A DNA stretch of 64,000 nucleotides from an uncultured Actinomycetes bacterium (GTDB lineage Bacteria; Actinomycetota; Acidimicrobiia; Acidimicrobiales; RAAP-2). The notes below the pieces were generated by a model that worked only from the letters and a program-made list of their open reading frames with translations, did no database searches and was not told where the DNA came from. Both the position numbers and the translations under genes were made by a program. The number at the start of each line of letters is the position of its first letter. The first letter of the stretch is position 1. Positions 36,345-46,227 of this stretch are shown one piece after another. The stretch is from contig CAIKUQ010000070.1 in NCBI GenBank assembly GCA_903830655.1, positions 9,596 through 73,595 of the forward strand, given 5' to 3'.

Positions 36345-38762
36345 TTAATGACGACGGGGACGTCCCCCACCGCGACGATTGTTATCGCCGCCGAATGATG
36401 GGCCGCCAGGACCAAGATCGCCGATTTCGTCAGCCAACTCGGCCTCAAAGCTTGCCTCGAAAGAGCTGGCCTTGTTTGAATCGCTGCGACGCTCCCCGCG
36501 GTCTCCGCGGTCGCTGCGCTCTTCACGGCGCTCAGAGCGCTCTTCACGGTCAGAGGAACCCTCTGCTTCTGGGAAGTCTCCGACGAGCGAAAGCGATACC
36601 TTGCCCTGCGGGTCAATGTCGTCGACCTTGACTTCAATGGCTTGGCCTAACTCCAAAACATCTTCAACCTGACCGATGCGCTTGCCGCCGTTGAGTGGCG
36701 ACAGTTTAGAAATGTGAAGCAGTCCATCACGACCAGGAAGGATTGAAATGAAGGCACCGAACTTTGCGATGTTCACTACACGGCCCTGGTAAACAGCCCC
36801 AACTTCAGCGGTCGGTGGGTCCAAGATCAGCGCAATGCGACGACGGGCCTCTTCGACGGCACGGCCATCCTTGGCTCCAATGGTGACGGTTCCAACCACA
36901 CCGTCGTCATCGACCGTAATTTCTGCACCAGTTTCCTGCTGCAGGGTGTTGATGACCTTACCCTTTGGCCCAATAACCTCACCAATTTTGTCAATTGGAA
37001 TCTCGAGGGAAACAATCTTCGGTGCCACTGCGGCAACTTCGCTACGCGGTTCCGCGATGGTGTCGGTGATGACCTTAAGAATTGCGAGACGAGCGACCTT
37101 GGCCTGAAGCAACGCTGCGGCCAGCACGTCGGCGGGCAGTCCGTCAATTTTGGTGTCGAGCTGCAAGGCAGTAACTGCATCTGCGGTACCTGCGACCTTG
37201 AAGTCCATGTCACCAAAGGCATCTTCAGCACCGAGGATGTCCGTCAAGGTGACGTACTTACCCTCTTCGTACACGAGCCCCATAGCAATTCCCGCAACTG
37301 GGGCCTTGATCGGGACTCCCGCTGCCATGAGCGAGAGTGTCGAACCACAGACCGAAGCCATTGAGGTAGAGCCATTGGATTGCATGACGTCAGAGACCAC
37401 ACGCAAGGTGTACGCGAAGTCCTCTTCGCTTGGCAGTACCGGGACCAGCGCACGCTCAGCGAGCATGCCGTGTCCAACCTCGCGACGCTTAGGAGCTCCT
37501 ACGCGACCGGTTTCACCAGTTGAGTAAGGGGGGAAATTGTAGTGGTGCATGTAGCGGCGGAACTCATCGGGAGTGATGGTGTCAATCTGCTGCTTCATAC
37601 GGGGCATGCCCAAGGTCGTCACGTTCACAACTTGAGTCTCTCCTCGCTGGAAGAGCGCTGAGCCGTGTGTCATTGGGAACAGGTCAAGTGCCGCGGATAG
37701 AGGACGAATGTCGGTAATACCACGTCCGTCAATACGCATACCTTCTTCAACAATGCGCGCACGCACAATCTTCTTGGTCAGCGACTTAACAGCGGGCTTA
37801 ATTTCATTCACACGCTCAGAAAACTCAGCTTCGAGCTCGGCAACGATTTCCTTCGTCGCGGCATCGAGTGCTGCGGCGCGCTCGGCTTTAACGCTGTGGT
37901 TGTTAGCGGCAACGAGCTTGGCCTTACCAACGGCAACCACGCGGTCCATGACATCGTCTTGGTATTCGCTAAAGGTAGAAAATTCCATTGGGGTAACCGG
38001 GCCACGAGCGGCTACGAAGTTCTTTACAAGTTCGCGCTGCAAGTTGATTGCTTCGCGAATCCATAGCTTCGACTTTTCGAGTCCAGCGGCCAAGACCTCT
38101 TCGGTAACCTTCGGAGCGCCATCGGCGTACTTCTCGAAGGAGCCTTCAGTTCCACCGGCTTCAACCATCATGATTGCAATATCGGTCTCAACCGAATCAG
38201 AGAGTGCGCGTCCCGCAACAACGAGTTCGAAAACTGAGTCGTCGCCCTCTTGGAAGGTGGGGTGAGCGACCCATTCGCCATCGGTCGTATAGGCCAGACG
38301 AACAGCGCCAATCGGGCCGTCGAACGGAATACCTGAAATCATCAAGGCCGCTGATGCAGCGTTGATGGCCAAGATGTCATGTGGATTCTCCTGGTCGGCG
38401 CTGAAAATCGTGCCAACTACTTGAACCTCGTTGCGGAAACCCTTCGGAAACGATGGGCGTAGCGGACGGTCGATTAGTCGACAAATCAAAATTGCCTGAT
38501 CGGACAGTTTTCCTTCACGGCGGAAGAATGAACCGGGGATTTTTCCGGCTGCGTAGGCTCGCTCTTCAATGTCCACGGTGAGGGGGAAAAAGTCGATACC
38601 TTCACGCACTGTACGTGCGGCGGCAACGGTGGCCAACAACATGGTGTCGCCAATACGAGCAAGTACTGCTCCGTCGGCGAGTTGTGCGAGGTGACCGGCC
38701 TCAAAAGTTAGGGTCTTGTCGGTGCCCGTAATTGGGCTACTTACGCGAATTGCGTCAGTCAT
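36345..38762 (-). CDS. pnp: polyribonucleotide nucleotidyltransferase
   Basis: FFPLTVD.EER.YAAGKIPG.FFRREG, RIDGR, SNGSTSMASVC, GDMDFKVAG, KH and S1 domains. Confidence 0.98.
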   Translation of the reverse strand: MTDAIRVSSPITGTDKTLTFEAGHLAQLADGAVLARIGDTMLLATVAAARTVREGIDFFPLTVDIEERAYAAGKIPGSFFRREGKLSDQAILICRLIDRPLRPSFPKGFRNEVQVVGTIFSADQENPHDILAINAASAALMISGIPFDGPIGAVRLAYTTDGEWVAHPTFQEGDDSVFELVVAGRALSDSVETDIAIMMVEAGGTEGSFEKYADGAPKVTEEVLAAGLEKSKLWIREAINLQRELVKNFVAARGPVTPMEFSTFSEYQDDVMDRVVAVGKAKLVAANNHSVKAERAAALDAATKEIVAELEAEFSERVNEIKPAVKSLTKKIVRARIVEEGMRIDGRGITDIRPLSAALDLFPMTHGSALFQRGETQVVNVTTLGMPRMKQQIDTITPDEFRRYMHHYNFPPYSTGETGRVGAPKRREVGHGMLAERALVPVLPSEEDFAYTLRVVSDVMQSNGSTSMASVCGSTLSLMAAGVPIKAPVAGIAMGLVYEEGKYVTLTDILGAEDAFGDMDFKVAGTADAVTALQLDTKIDGLPADVLAAALLQAKVARLAILKVITDTIAEPRSEVAAVAPKIVSLEIPIDKIGEVIGPKGKVINTLQQETGAEITVDDDGVVGTVTIGAKDGRAVEEARRRIALILDPPTAEVGAVYQGRVVNIAKFGAFISILPGRDGLLHISKLSPLNGGKRIGQVEDVLELGQAIEVKVDDIDPQGKVSLSLVGDFPEAEGSSDREERSERREERSDRGDRGERRSDSNKASSFEASFEAELADEIGDLGPGGPSFGGDNNRRGGGRPRRH

Positions 38763-38788
38763 GGATGTGCTCCTTATATGGTGTGCAA

Positions 38789-38862
38789 CATTCCGTTCGG
38801 ATCCCAGTGGGCAATCTTCGTTCTACGAAAATTCTCCACTGGCTCCGATGAAAACGGAAGTG
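38789..38862 (-). promoter_or_regulatory. long hairpin in the pnp leader (Actino-pnp-like / RNase III-type site)
   Basis: Nested stems TTCCGTT/AACGGAA, TCGGA/TCCGA, CCAGTGG/CCACTGG, ATTTTCG/CGAAGAT between rpsO and pnp. Confidence 0.65.
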
Positions 38863-38893
38863 TTACGAGGCGTCGATTTTCGACGCCGCTCGG

Positions 38894-39151
38894 CTAGCGA
38901 CGAATGCCGAGACGACCAATCAAAGTGCGATACTGCTCCACGTTGCCCTGCTGCACATAATCCAGCAGACGGCGGCGCTGACCAATGAGCTTCATGAGTC
39001 CGCGGCGGGTGTGGTGATCACCCTTGTGCATCTTCAAGTGCTCGGTGAGGTGGCTGATCCGCTCAGTTAACAACGCGATTTGGACTTCGGACGAGCCGGT
39101 GTCCGTCTCATGTGCGCGGTAATCGGAGATGATCTGCTGCTTCTCAGTCAT
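38894..39151 (-). CDS. rpsO: 30S ribosomal protein S15
   Basis: [28 protein letters not shown]. Confidence 0.98.
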   Translation of the reverse strand: MTEKQQIISDYRAHETDTGSSEVQIALLTERISHLTEHLKMHKGDHHTRRGLMKLIGQRRRLLDYVQQGNVEQYRTLIGRLGIRR

Positions 39152-39234
39152 AAAGGTATAGCCTCAATAATCGGGTGTCCCGTTGCAAGCCGCCAACGTG
39201 ACGACCCACACGATCAGCGTCGCTGACCGAGGTT

Positions 39235-40191
39235 CTAGCCTAGCAGGGTTGGCCCAAAAGGCGCAAAATCTTCGAAACTCTGCCGGGAATTCGCTACGTC
39301 GGTGGTTATTTGGGCGATGAGTGCCTCGAGCGAGTCGTATTTAGCTTGACCCCGAAGTCGCTCAATGAAGGCCACGTCTAGGTATTGACCGTAAAGATTG
39401 CCATCGAAATCGGTCAAATGGTCCTCGACCAGGACTGCCCCGTTTTCATAAAACTGCGGCCGTGTTCCCACGGAAATCGCTGACGGCAGCCATTCGTCCC
39501 CGATCCGCGTCGCTCCGGCGTACACCCCATCGCCGGGAACAATTTGGTGGCGATCGATCAGAAGATTGGCGGTGGGAAAACCCAGCTCACGCCCTCGCTT
39601 GTCACCTTCCACAACCAGGCCTCTGATCTGCCAGCAACGCCCGAGCACCGCCTGGGCGCCCTCAACGTTGCCTTCGCGAAGGAAAGTTCGTGCCATCGTT
39701 GAAGAGAAGCGGCCGTTGACTCCCTCGCCGTAGGCGGTACAGGCGATAACGGTGAAGCCCCAGCGTTCGCCCGCCTCGCGCAACGTTTGCACCGTGCCGG
39801 CACGATTCTGTCCAAAACGGAAGTCCTCGCCCACCACCACAACTTCTGCCCCAAGTTGCTCAATCAGAATTTCTTGAATGAAATCATCTGCGCTTTGCTT
39901 AGCTCGCCTTTCGTCGAAGGTCACGACGCGAATTTGGTCTAAATCTTGCTTCGCTAACTCTTCGAGTCGCTGCTCAACCGTTTGCAAGAGTTTGAAATCG
40001 TTGTCCGGGGCGATGACGTTGGCCGGGTGAGGATCAAAGGTCAGAACGGTGGTGGCGCATCCATTGGCATTGTCGCGCAAGGTAGCGAGGACAACTTCGT
40101 GTCCACGGTGCAGTCCGTCAAATACACCAATCGCCACGGCCGAAGGTCGTTTGATGAGGCCCAAATCACTGGTGTCGGTGAAGATGAGCAT
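39235..40191 (-). CDS. ribF: bifunctional riboflavin kinase / FAD synthetase
   Basis: IGVFDGLHRGH, TFDPHP, VGEDFRFG, GRELGFPTAN, G.RP.F. Confidence 0.96.
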   Translation of the reverse strand: MLIFTDTSDLGLIKRPSAVAIGVFDGLHRGHEVVLATLRDNANGCATTVLTFDPHPANVIAPDNDFKLLQTVEQRLEELAKQDLDQIRVVTFDERRAKQSADDFIQEILIEQLGAEVVVVGEDFRFGQNRAGTVQTLREAGERWGFTVIACTAYGEGVNGRFSSTMARTFLREGNVEGAQAVLGRCWQIRGLVVEGDKRGRELGFPTANLLIDRHQIVPGDGVYAGATRIGDEWLPSAISVGTRPQFYENGAVLVEDHLTDFDGNLYGQYLDVAFIERLRGQAKYDSLEALIAQITTDVANSRQSFEDFAPFGPTLLG

Positions 40192-40200
40192 GCGTCCAAT

Positions 40201-41100
40201 TTACTGGTCGGGCCCGTGGGCGCCATCCAAAACGATTTCGGGCTTCCACAGGTCTCGACTACGACGCAGTATTGCCACAAAATCGCCGTTCTCGTTGTGC
40301 ACCGCGACCTCGTACTCGGCTCCTTCAATCTCGCGAGCGAGCCGCTGACCCATGCGGACCTTCAGAATCTCTTCGTCGGTGAGAGTTATCCCTACGAGAC
40401 CTGTCGTGAAGGCTTTTGGAGGTTGCAGTACCTCTCGGCCCGACTCCACCGCTTCGCTCAGTTGCTCCAAGGTGAGCGCGCCCTCGAGTCCGTGCGATCC
40501 ACTCTGGATCCGTCGCAGCGCAATCAGGTGCCCTACGGTACCCAACTTCTCCGCTAGATCAGCCAGCAGCACTCGCACGTAGGTTCCCGGGGATACCCGC
40601 ACGACAAACTCCCACACCGAGGGATCATTCGTTGGTTCCAGCGAATACTCGAACACCTCAATCGCCCGAGCATCTCGCTCAACTTCGATACCTTGTCGCG
40701 CGAGTGAGTGCAGACGACGGCCACCTTGTCTTATGGCCGAGACCATTGGTGGGATCTGCTGTTGCGCGCCTAGAAAGGTCGCAGCGATCTCATTGACCTG
40801 TGACGCCGTCAGATCGGGTACCTCTGCGGTATGGACTACCTCGCCATCGGCGTCGAGCGAATCGGTGGCCACGCCAAACTTCACCCGGCCGGTATAGGTT
40901 TTCTGTTCCCCCGTCGCAAATCGCAAGAGTCGCGTGGCGGTTCCCACCCCCAAAATCAATAAGCCGGTGGCCATGGGATCGAGAGTCCCCGCGTGCCCAA
41001 CACTTCGCTCGTCAAGTACCTTGCGAACTCGAGCTACGACATCGTGACTCGTGACCCCCTGGGCCTTGTCGATAAGCAGTAAGCCGCTACTCTTCGTCAT
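40201..41100 (-). CDS. truB: tRNA pseudouridine(55) synthase
   Basis: DK..G.TSHDVV, GHAGTLDPMATG, PPMVSA, GTYVR. ATG 41100 preferred. Confidence 0.96.
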   Translation of the reverse strand: MTKSSGLLLIDKAQGVTSHDVVARVRKVLDERSVGHAGTLDPMATGLLILGVGTATRLLRFATGEQKTYTGRVKFGVATDSLDADGEVVHTAEVPDLTASQVNEIAATFLGAQQQIPPMVSAIRQGGRRLHSLARQGIEVERDARAIEVFEYSLEPTNDPSVWEFVVRVSPGTYVRVLLADLAEKLGTVGHLIALRRIQSGSHGLEGALTLEQLSEAVESGREVLQPPKAFTTGLVGITLTDEEILKVRMGQRLAREIEGAEYEVAVHNENGDFVAILRRSRDLWKPEIVLDGAHGPDQ

Positions 41101-41449
41101 GTTGCGAGCGGCGAAGAGCCTCTTCAACCGCATCCCCCGCGGCAATCGCTGGGTCGGCCATGAAACTCAATTTAGGAGTGCGCTTCATACGCGTTTGCGC
41201 ATTCACCGATGCTTGAATTTGCGCGCGGCGCTCGTCCAATGCTTCTTTGGTCTCAGTTTTCAGTGAATCCAAGAACACAATTGCTCCGCGCAAGTCCGGC
41301 GTGGTGTCCACCCCGGTTACGGTCAAAAAACCAATCCGATCGTCCAAATCGGCCAAGCGAACGAGCTCTTCGGAGATCACCTCGCGAAGAATTTCATTTA
41401 GCCGAGCAGATCGGGGGTACGGATGGTGGCTGGCCTTATCGTGGGCCAT
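41087..41449 (-). CDS. rbfA: ribosome-binding factor A
   Basis: R.ARLNEILRE, TVTGV..T.DL..A, MKRTP.L.F..D. Confidence 0.95.
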   Translation of the reverse strand: MAHDKASHHPYPRSARLNEILREVISEELVRLADLDDRIGFLTVTGVDTTPDLRGAIVFLDSLKTETKEALDERRAQIQASVNAQTRMKRTPKLSFMADPAIAAGDAVEEALRRSQHDEE

Positions 41450-41452
41450 GAA

Positions 41453-44104
41453 CTAAGCCGTTCTGGGGATTTCGCGCTCTTCGAAGGTTTCGATGATGTC
41501 GCCCGGCTTCAAGTCTTGGTAGTCCGAAAGACCAATTCCACACTCAAAACCAGTCGCTACTTCACGAGCGTCATCTTTAAAGCGACGCAAACTGGTGATC
41601 GAGCCCTTCCAGATAATCGCCCCATCGCGCAAGAAACGAACCTTCGAACCACGGGTAATTACACCGTCGCGAACGAAGCAGCCGGCAATTGCACCGAGCT
41701 TCGGCACGCGGAACACTTCACGAACCTCAGCTTCACCGGTAACAACCTCTTCGTATACCGGAGCGAGCAGACCGAGCAAGGATGCCTCAATCTCCTCAAT
41801 GAGTTTGTAAATGATTTCGTAGGTGCGAATTTGCACGCCTTCAACTTCAGCGAGCTCACGACTGCGCTTGTCCGGGCGAACATTGAAGCCAATGATGGTG
41901 GCGTTCGAGGCCTTGGCTAGTTGAACGTCATTCTCGGTCACACCACCGACACCGCGGTGGACAATCACGAGTTTCACATCTTCACGCTCAAGCTTTCGAA
42001 GTGATTCGCCAACCGCTTCGAGTGAGCCTTGAACGTCGGCCTTTAAGACGACGTTGAGGGTTGCCGATTCGCCACGCTGAATCTGCTCGAAGAGGTCTTC
42101 GAGGCGTGTACCCGCGTTTGCGGCGGGCATCTGCGAGGTAACACGAGCACGGTGGGCGCGAGCCTCGGCCAGGGTACGGGCGTGACCAAGGTCACGAGCC
42201 ACGCGCATCTCATCACCCGCAAAGGGCGGCTCGGAGAATCCCAAAATCTGTACTGGAGTGGAGGGTCCTGCAGTCTTAACCTGCTTACCCTGGTCATTGA
42301 CGAGCGCCTTGACCTTTCCGTAGGCCGGACCGGCCACGACAATATCTCCGACACTCAACAGACCCTTTTGCACCATGACGGTGGCGACGGGGCCTCGGCC
42401 GGCTTCGAGGTTGGCTTCGAGAACGGTACCCACCGCACGTCCAGTGGAGGGTGCCGTAAGTTCGGAAATTTCGGCGACCAGCAACACCTGCTCGAGTAAT
42501 TCATCAATGCCCGTTCCCTGCAGGGCAGAAATCTCGACCACAATGGTGTCGCCGCCCCACTTTTCTGGAACCAGGCCATGTTCGGAGAGCTGCTGGAGCA
42601 CTCGATCGGGGTTAGCGTCAGGCTTGTCCATCTTGTTAACGGCCACGATGATGGGCACATTGGAGGCTTTGGCGTGGTTGATCGCTTCGATGGTCTGAGG
42701 CATTACACCATCGTCGGCGGCTACTACCAAAATGACAATGTCGGTGACTTGGGCTCCACGCATACGCATGGCGGTAAAGGCTTCGTGTCCAGGCGTATCC
42801 AAGAACGCAATAGCCTTGCCCTTCCAGTTGACCTGGTAGGCGCCGATGTGTTGAGTGATGCCACCGGCTTCGCCGGCAACAACGTTGGTCTTTCGAATGC
42901 GGTCCAGAACAGTGGTCTTACCGTGGTCGACGTGACCCATGACGGTGACAACCGGCGAACGTGGCTCTTCTGGCAATTGTTCATCGTCGTCATCTTCGTC
43001 AAAGTACTTGGCCATTAATTCGGCTTCTTGTTGCTCTCCAGCGTCAACCAGACGAACCTCCGCGCCAACTTCGGCGGCGTAGAGTTCAATCATGTCATCG
43101 GTCAAAGTTTGAACGGCCGTAACCATTTCGCCCTGCAAGAACAAGAAACGAACGATGTCAGCGGCACTGCGGTTCAGCTTGGGTCCGACATCTTTCGCCG
43201 TTGAACCACGCTCGATGATGATTTCACCATCGGGCACTGGCGCCGACGATGGCTGCCAGGTAGTCATCTGAGTTGGCTCGAGCTCTTCTACATTGCGACG
43301 ACGGCGCGCAGTCTTTTTACGTTGTGATCCACGTGGTCCACCAGTTGCACCACCGGGACGACCAGCGGGGCGTCCACCAGCGGCGGGCGGTCCACCAGCA
43401 CCGGCGGGTCCACCAGTTCGAGGGGCACTAAAACCAGGGCGAGCGCCACCTGGGCGCGGCGCGCTACCGGGACGCGGTGAAACTGGACGCGGACCTCCGG
43501 GGCCAGATCGGCCAGGAACAGCACTTCGTGCACCCGGGGGTGGCGGAATGGGGCGTCCCGTTGGCGACATCGGACGTCCCGGGGGTGGCGGAATTGGGCG
43601 TCCCGTTGGCGACATCGGCTGCGCGGGTCCACCCGCATCACCCGCACGTTGCGTGGGTCGAATTGTTTGAGGCCCACCCGAGGTAGGTGCGCGAGGAGCC
43701 ACCGGCTTAGTGGGTGCGGTGCGCGAGCGAACACCCTTAGGTGCTTCTGGCGCAACTGGTGCAGCTTCGACGGGCGCGGCTTCTGGTGCAGCGCTCTCAG
43801 CGGGCGCCGTAGCGGGAGTGACTTCGATCTTTTCCGGTACCTCAACAGCCGCAACGATGTCCTTAGGGGCAGTCGTAGCCTTAACCGCCTTAACGGCCTT
43901 GGTGGGCTTGGGTTCTTCTGGCTGAACGGCACGGCGCAACCCTGCCGAATCAACCTTGCGGCGAATACGGTCAGCTTGTGCGTCCTCGATTGAGGCCGAT
44001 GGTGAGGTTGCACCGATGTGCAGCGTCCCGGCCAGTTCAAGGACCTCTTTGCTCGTGAGCCCCAGCTCTTTAGAGAGCTCGTGAACCCGGATCTTCTTTG
44101 CCAA
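41453..44104 (-). CDS. infB: translation initiation factor IF-2
   Basis: [34 protein letters not shown]. The TTG at 44104 has an AAGGA RBS. Confidence 0.98.
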   Translation of the reverse strand: MAKKIRVHELSKELGLTSKEVLELAGTLHIGATSPSASIEDAQADRIRRKVDSAGLRRAVQPEEPKPTKAVKAVKATTAPKDIVAAVEVPEKIEVTPATAPAESAAPEAAPVEAAPVAPEAPKGVRSRTAPTKPVAPRAPTSGGPQTIRPTQRAGDAGGPAQPMSPTGRPIPPPPGRPMSPTGRPIPPPPGARSAVPGRSGPGGPRPVSPRPGSAPRPGGARPGFSAPRTGGPAGAGGPPAAGGRPAGRPGGATGGPRGSQRKKTARRRRNVEELEPTQMTTWQPSSAPVPDGEIIIERGSTAKDVGPKLNRSAADIVRFLFLQGEMVTAVQTLTDDMIELYAAEVGAEVRLVDAGEQQEAELMAKYFDEDDDDEQLPEEPRSPVVTVMGHVDHGKTTVLDRIRKTNVVAGEAGGITQHIGAYQVNWKGKAIAFLDTPGHEAFTAMRMRGAQVTDIVILVVAADDGVMPQTIEAINHAKASNVPIIVAVNKMDKPDANPDRVLQQLSEHGLVPEKWGGDTIVVEISALQGTGIDELLEQVLLVAEISELTAPSTGRAVGTVLEANLEAGRGPVATVMVQKGLLSVGDIVVAGPAYGKVKALVNDQGKQVKTAGPSTPVQILGFSEPPFAGDEMRVARDLGHARTLAEARAHRARVTSQMPAANAGTRLEDLFEQIQRGESATLNVVLKADVQGSLEAVGESLRKLEREDVKLVIVHRGVGGVTENDVQLAKASNATIIGFNVRPDKRSRELAEVEGVQIRTYEIIYKLIEEIEASLLGLLAPVYEEVVTGEAEVREVFRVPKLGAIAGCFVRDGVITRGSKVRFLRDGAIIWKGSITSLRRFKDDAREVATGFECGIGLSDYQDLKPGDIIETFEEREIPRTA
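43533..43618. repeat. 45-bp-period tandem duplication inside infB
   Basis: CCCGGGGGTGGCGGAAT(G/T)GGGCGTCCCGTTGGCGACATCGG occurs at 43533 and 43578 and encodes [14 protein letters not shown] twice. Confidence 0.9.
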
Positions 44105-44156
44105 AACTTTCCTTTTCAATCCACTTGCGTGGATACAACGTTAATTTAAACCGCAG

Positions 44157-44405
44157 CTACCGGTTGAAACTCACCAGCAACTCTTGTACAACTTCGAGGT
44201 CACTTCCGTGCACCTCACCCTTTAGAGCGCGCGCTAGATGGTGTACGCCGAGTTGCTTTAGGCACTCGCCGACTCCACAGAGCCACACTCCTCGTCCTGA
44301 CCCTCGTCCGACCTGCCACGCACCTTGCGCATCACGCCCAACTCGAAGTAAGTCCGAGTCCGTGCGACGCGTATGACACACGACGCACGTACGTTCCGGG
44401 CTTAT
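44157..44405 (-). CDS. ylxR: YlxR/DUF448 (RnpM-like) protein, probable ATA start
   Basis: PERTCVVC...R....L.R and GRG.W.C motifs. The conserved N-terminus lies upstream of the ORF-track GTG at 44381. Confidence 0.82.
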   Translation of the reverse strand: MSPERTCVVCHTRRTDSDLLRVGRDAQGAWQVGRGSGRGVWLCGVGECLKQLGVHHLARALKGEVHGSDLEVVQELLVSFNR

Positions 44406-45562
44406 GCTTCGCCCTCCGCAGTTAGCTCAGTCACAACCTCTACTGAGACTTCCTCGACAGCAACTTCAACGGCTTCGATTCCTTCGGCGTCGGCCACGAC
44501 CGTTTCGACGACCGCTACCCCTTCAGCCTCGGCTACAACTTGATCAACCACGGTGTCGCCATCAGTCCAGACCTCTTCGACAATCTCATCGTTCTCGTTG
44601 TCTGAGCGAATGTCGATGCGCCATCCCGTAAGACGCGCGGCCAAGCGAGCATTCTGACCTTCTTTTCCGATGGCTAGGGAGAGTTGCTGGTCATGCACCA
44701 TAACGGTGGCGCTACCCTCTTCTTCATTCAAGATGACCTCTCGAACACGAGCGGGTTGCAGGGCGGCCTCGATAAATTGGGCGGGATCGTCAGAATAGGG
44801 AACCACGTCAATGCGCTCAACGTGTAATTCGTTGGTGATGTTGCGCACGCGTGATCCACGTGCACCGACACATGCACCGACCGGGTCCACCATCTGGTCA
44901 TTGGAGGCCACGGCAATTTTGGTTCGGTGACCGGGCTCACGGGCAATGGCCTTAATTTCGACAATCCCCGAAGCAATTTCTGGAACTTCAATTTCAAAGA
45001 GTTTTGCCACGAGTGCGGGGTGAGTACGCGAAACCACAATTTGCGGTCCCTTGTTGGTCTTGCGGACCTCAACGATGTACACCTTGAGGCGCGAACCAGC
45101 CGGGTTGCGCGAAGACTCGCCAACGATTTGTTCGGTCTGGGGCAAGAGCGCTTCAACTCGACCCAAGTCCAAGAGGGTGTAGCGATCGTCTTTTTGCTGA
45201 ACCGTTCCCGAGACCACGTCCCCTTCACGGTTGGCAAATTCTTCGAACATCTGTCGGCGCTGAATATCACGAATGAGCTGCATCAGAACCTGCTTGGCGG
45301 TTTGTGCGGCGATGCGGCCGAAGTCTTCGGGTGTGGCGTCCCACTCACGGATGACGTTTCCTTCGAGGTCTAGTTCAAGGCCCCATACCTTGATCTCACC
45401 AGTCTCCGGGTTAATTTCAACTTCTGCATCCTCAGCCGAGTCGGGACGGCGCTTGTAGGCCGCCAACAGGGCGTTAGCTAACGCGACGAGCAGCTCGCCC
45501 TCGTCGATATTTTGGTCACGTGCAATTTGACCAAGTGCCTCTAAAAATTCAAAGTTCGCCAT
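44402..45562 (-). CDS. nusA: transcription termination/antitermination factor NusA
   Basis: FGRIAAQTAKQV, S1 domain, AREPG.RTKIAV, GACVG.RG.R, SLAIGKEGQNARLAA. ATG at 45562. Confidence 0.97.
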   Translation of the reverse strand: MANFEFLEALGQIARDQNIDEGELLVALANALLAAYKRRPDSAEDAEVEINPETGEIKVWGLELDLEGNVIREWDATPEDFGRIAAQTAKQVLMQLIRDIQRRQMFEEFANREGDVVSGTVQQKDDRYTLLDLGRVEALLPQTEQIVGESSRNPAGSRLKVYIVEVRKTNKGPQIVVSRTHPALVAKLFEIEVPEIASGIVEIKAIAREPGHRTKIAVASNDQMVDPVGACVGARGSRVRNITNELHVERIDVVPYSDDPAQFIEAALQPARVREVILNEEEGSATVMVHDQQLSLAIGKEGQNARLAARLTGWRIDIRSDNENDEIVEEVWTDGDTVVDQVVAEAEGVAVVETVVADAEGIEAVEVAVEEVSVEVVTELTAEGEA

Positions 45563-45564
45563 GT

Positions 45565-46062
45565 CTACTTCTCCTTCGCGGAACCAACCGCGGTCTTCGT
45601 GCCTTTGGAGGGAGAGGGCTTCGCCTCGGCACCCCATTTAAAAACTGTTCGTGCGCGCTCGACGTTCGTCAAGGGGATTTGAACTTCGCCCACCGTGTCA
45701 TCGTTGAGTGTGACTGAATCACTATCAACCTTGGTAACAACACCTTCGAGACGTCGAGTTGGCGCACCCTCACGCAATTCACGCAACGTAACGACCTCGC
45801 CGAGGGTCGTCGAGAAATGTTTTGGCGTGCGGAGCTTTCGCTCCAGCCCAGGTGAAGAGACGTCCAAGGTGTAGCGATTTGGAATTGGGTCGTTGGCATC
45901 TAACCACTCGCCAATTTCACGATTTGCCTTCGTGACTTCGTCCAGCGAAACGCCCCCAGATTTGGTCACGACAATTTCGAGGTTGCCGCCGTGCAGTTCA
46001 AGGTCGTAGAGGTCAAGTCCCAAATTGGAAAGGATGGTGGTCACGGGTGTCTCGAGATCCAT
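45565..46062 (-). CDS. rimP: ribosome maturation factor RimP
   Basis: GVSLD, LD..DPI...YTLDVSSPGLER.L. ATG 46062 has an AGGAG RBS. Confidence 0.95.
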   Translation of the reverse strand: MDLETPVTTILSNLGLDLYDLELHGGNLEIVVTKSGGVSLDEVTKANREIGEWLDANDPIPNRYTLDVSSPGLERKLRTPKHFSTTLGEVVTLRELREGAPTRRLEGVVTKVDSDSVTLNDDTVGEVQIPLTNVERARTVFKWGAEAKPSPSKGTKTAVGSAKEK

Positions 46063-46075
46063 GCCTCTCCTTTCT

Positions 46076-46164
46076 ATAAACAGACGCCGACAAGGAAAAA
46101 CGCGGGCTTTCAGCCCGCGTCCACGAGTCAAACGTCCTATGCGGACTATCGGCGTCCAGTTTAT
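46076..46164 (-). promoter_or_regulatory. structured rimP-nusA-infB leader with a terminator-like hairpin
   Basis: Inner ACGCGGGC-TGAAA-GCCCGCGT plus TTTT, enclosed by an outer stem ATAAAC(T)GGACGCCGA / TCGGCGTCTGTTTAT. Confidence 0.65.
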
Positions 46165-46227
46165 CAGCGACCTCGATAATCCTCAAGGGAAGATCCCGCG
46201 GGTCACGAGAATGGCTAAATCAAGGGA

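Noticed and set aside
36505-36545. Short GCGCTCTTCACGG repeat near the pnp 3' end
   Set aside because: It encodes the low-complexity REER tail; not a separate element.
43288-44040. 250-aa alternative-frame ORF and other ORFs over the infB N-terminus; the repeat as a CRISPR
   Set aside because: These are products of a GC-rich low-complexity linker. The repeat has two in-frame copies, no spacers and no cas genes.
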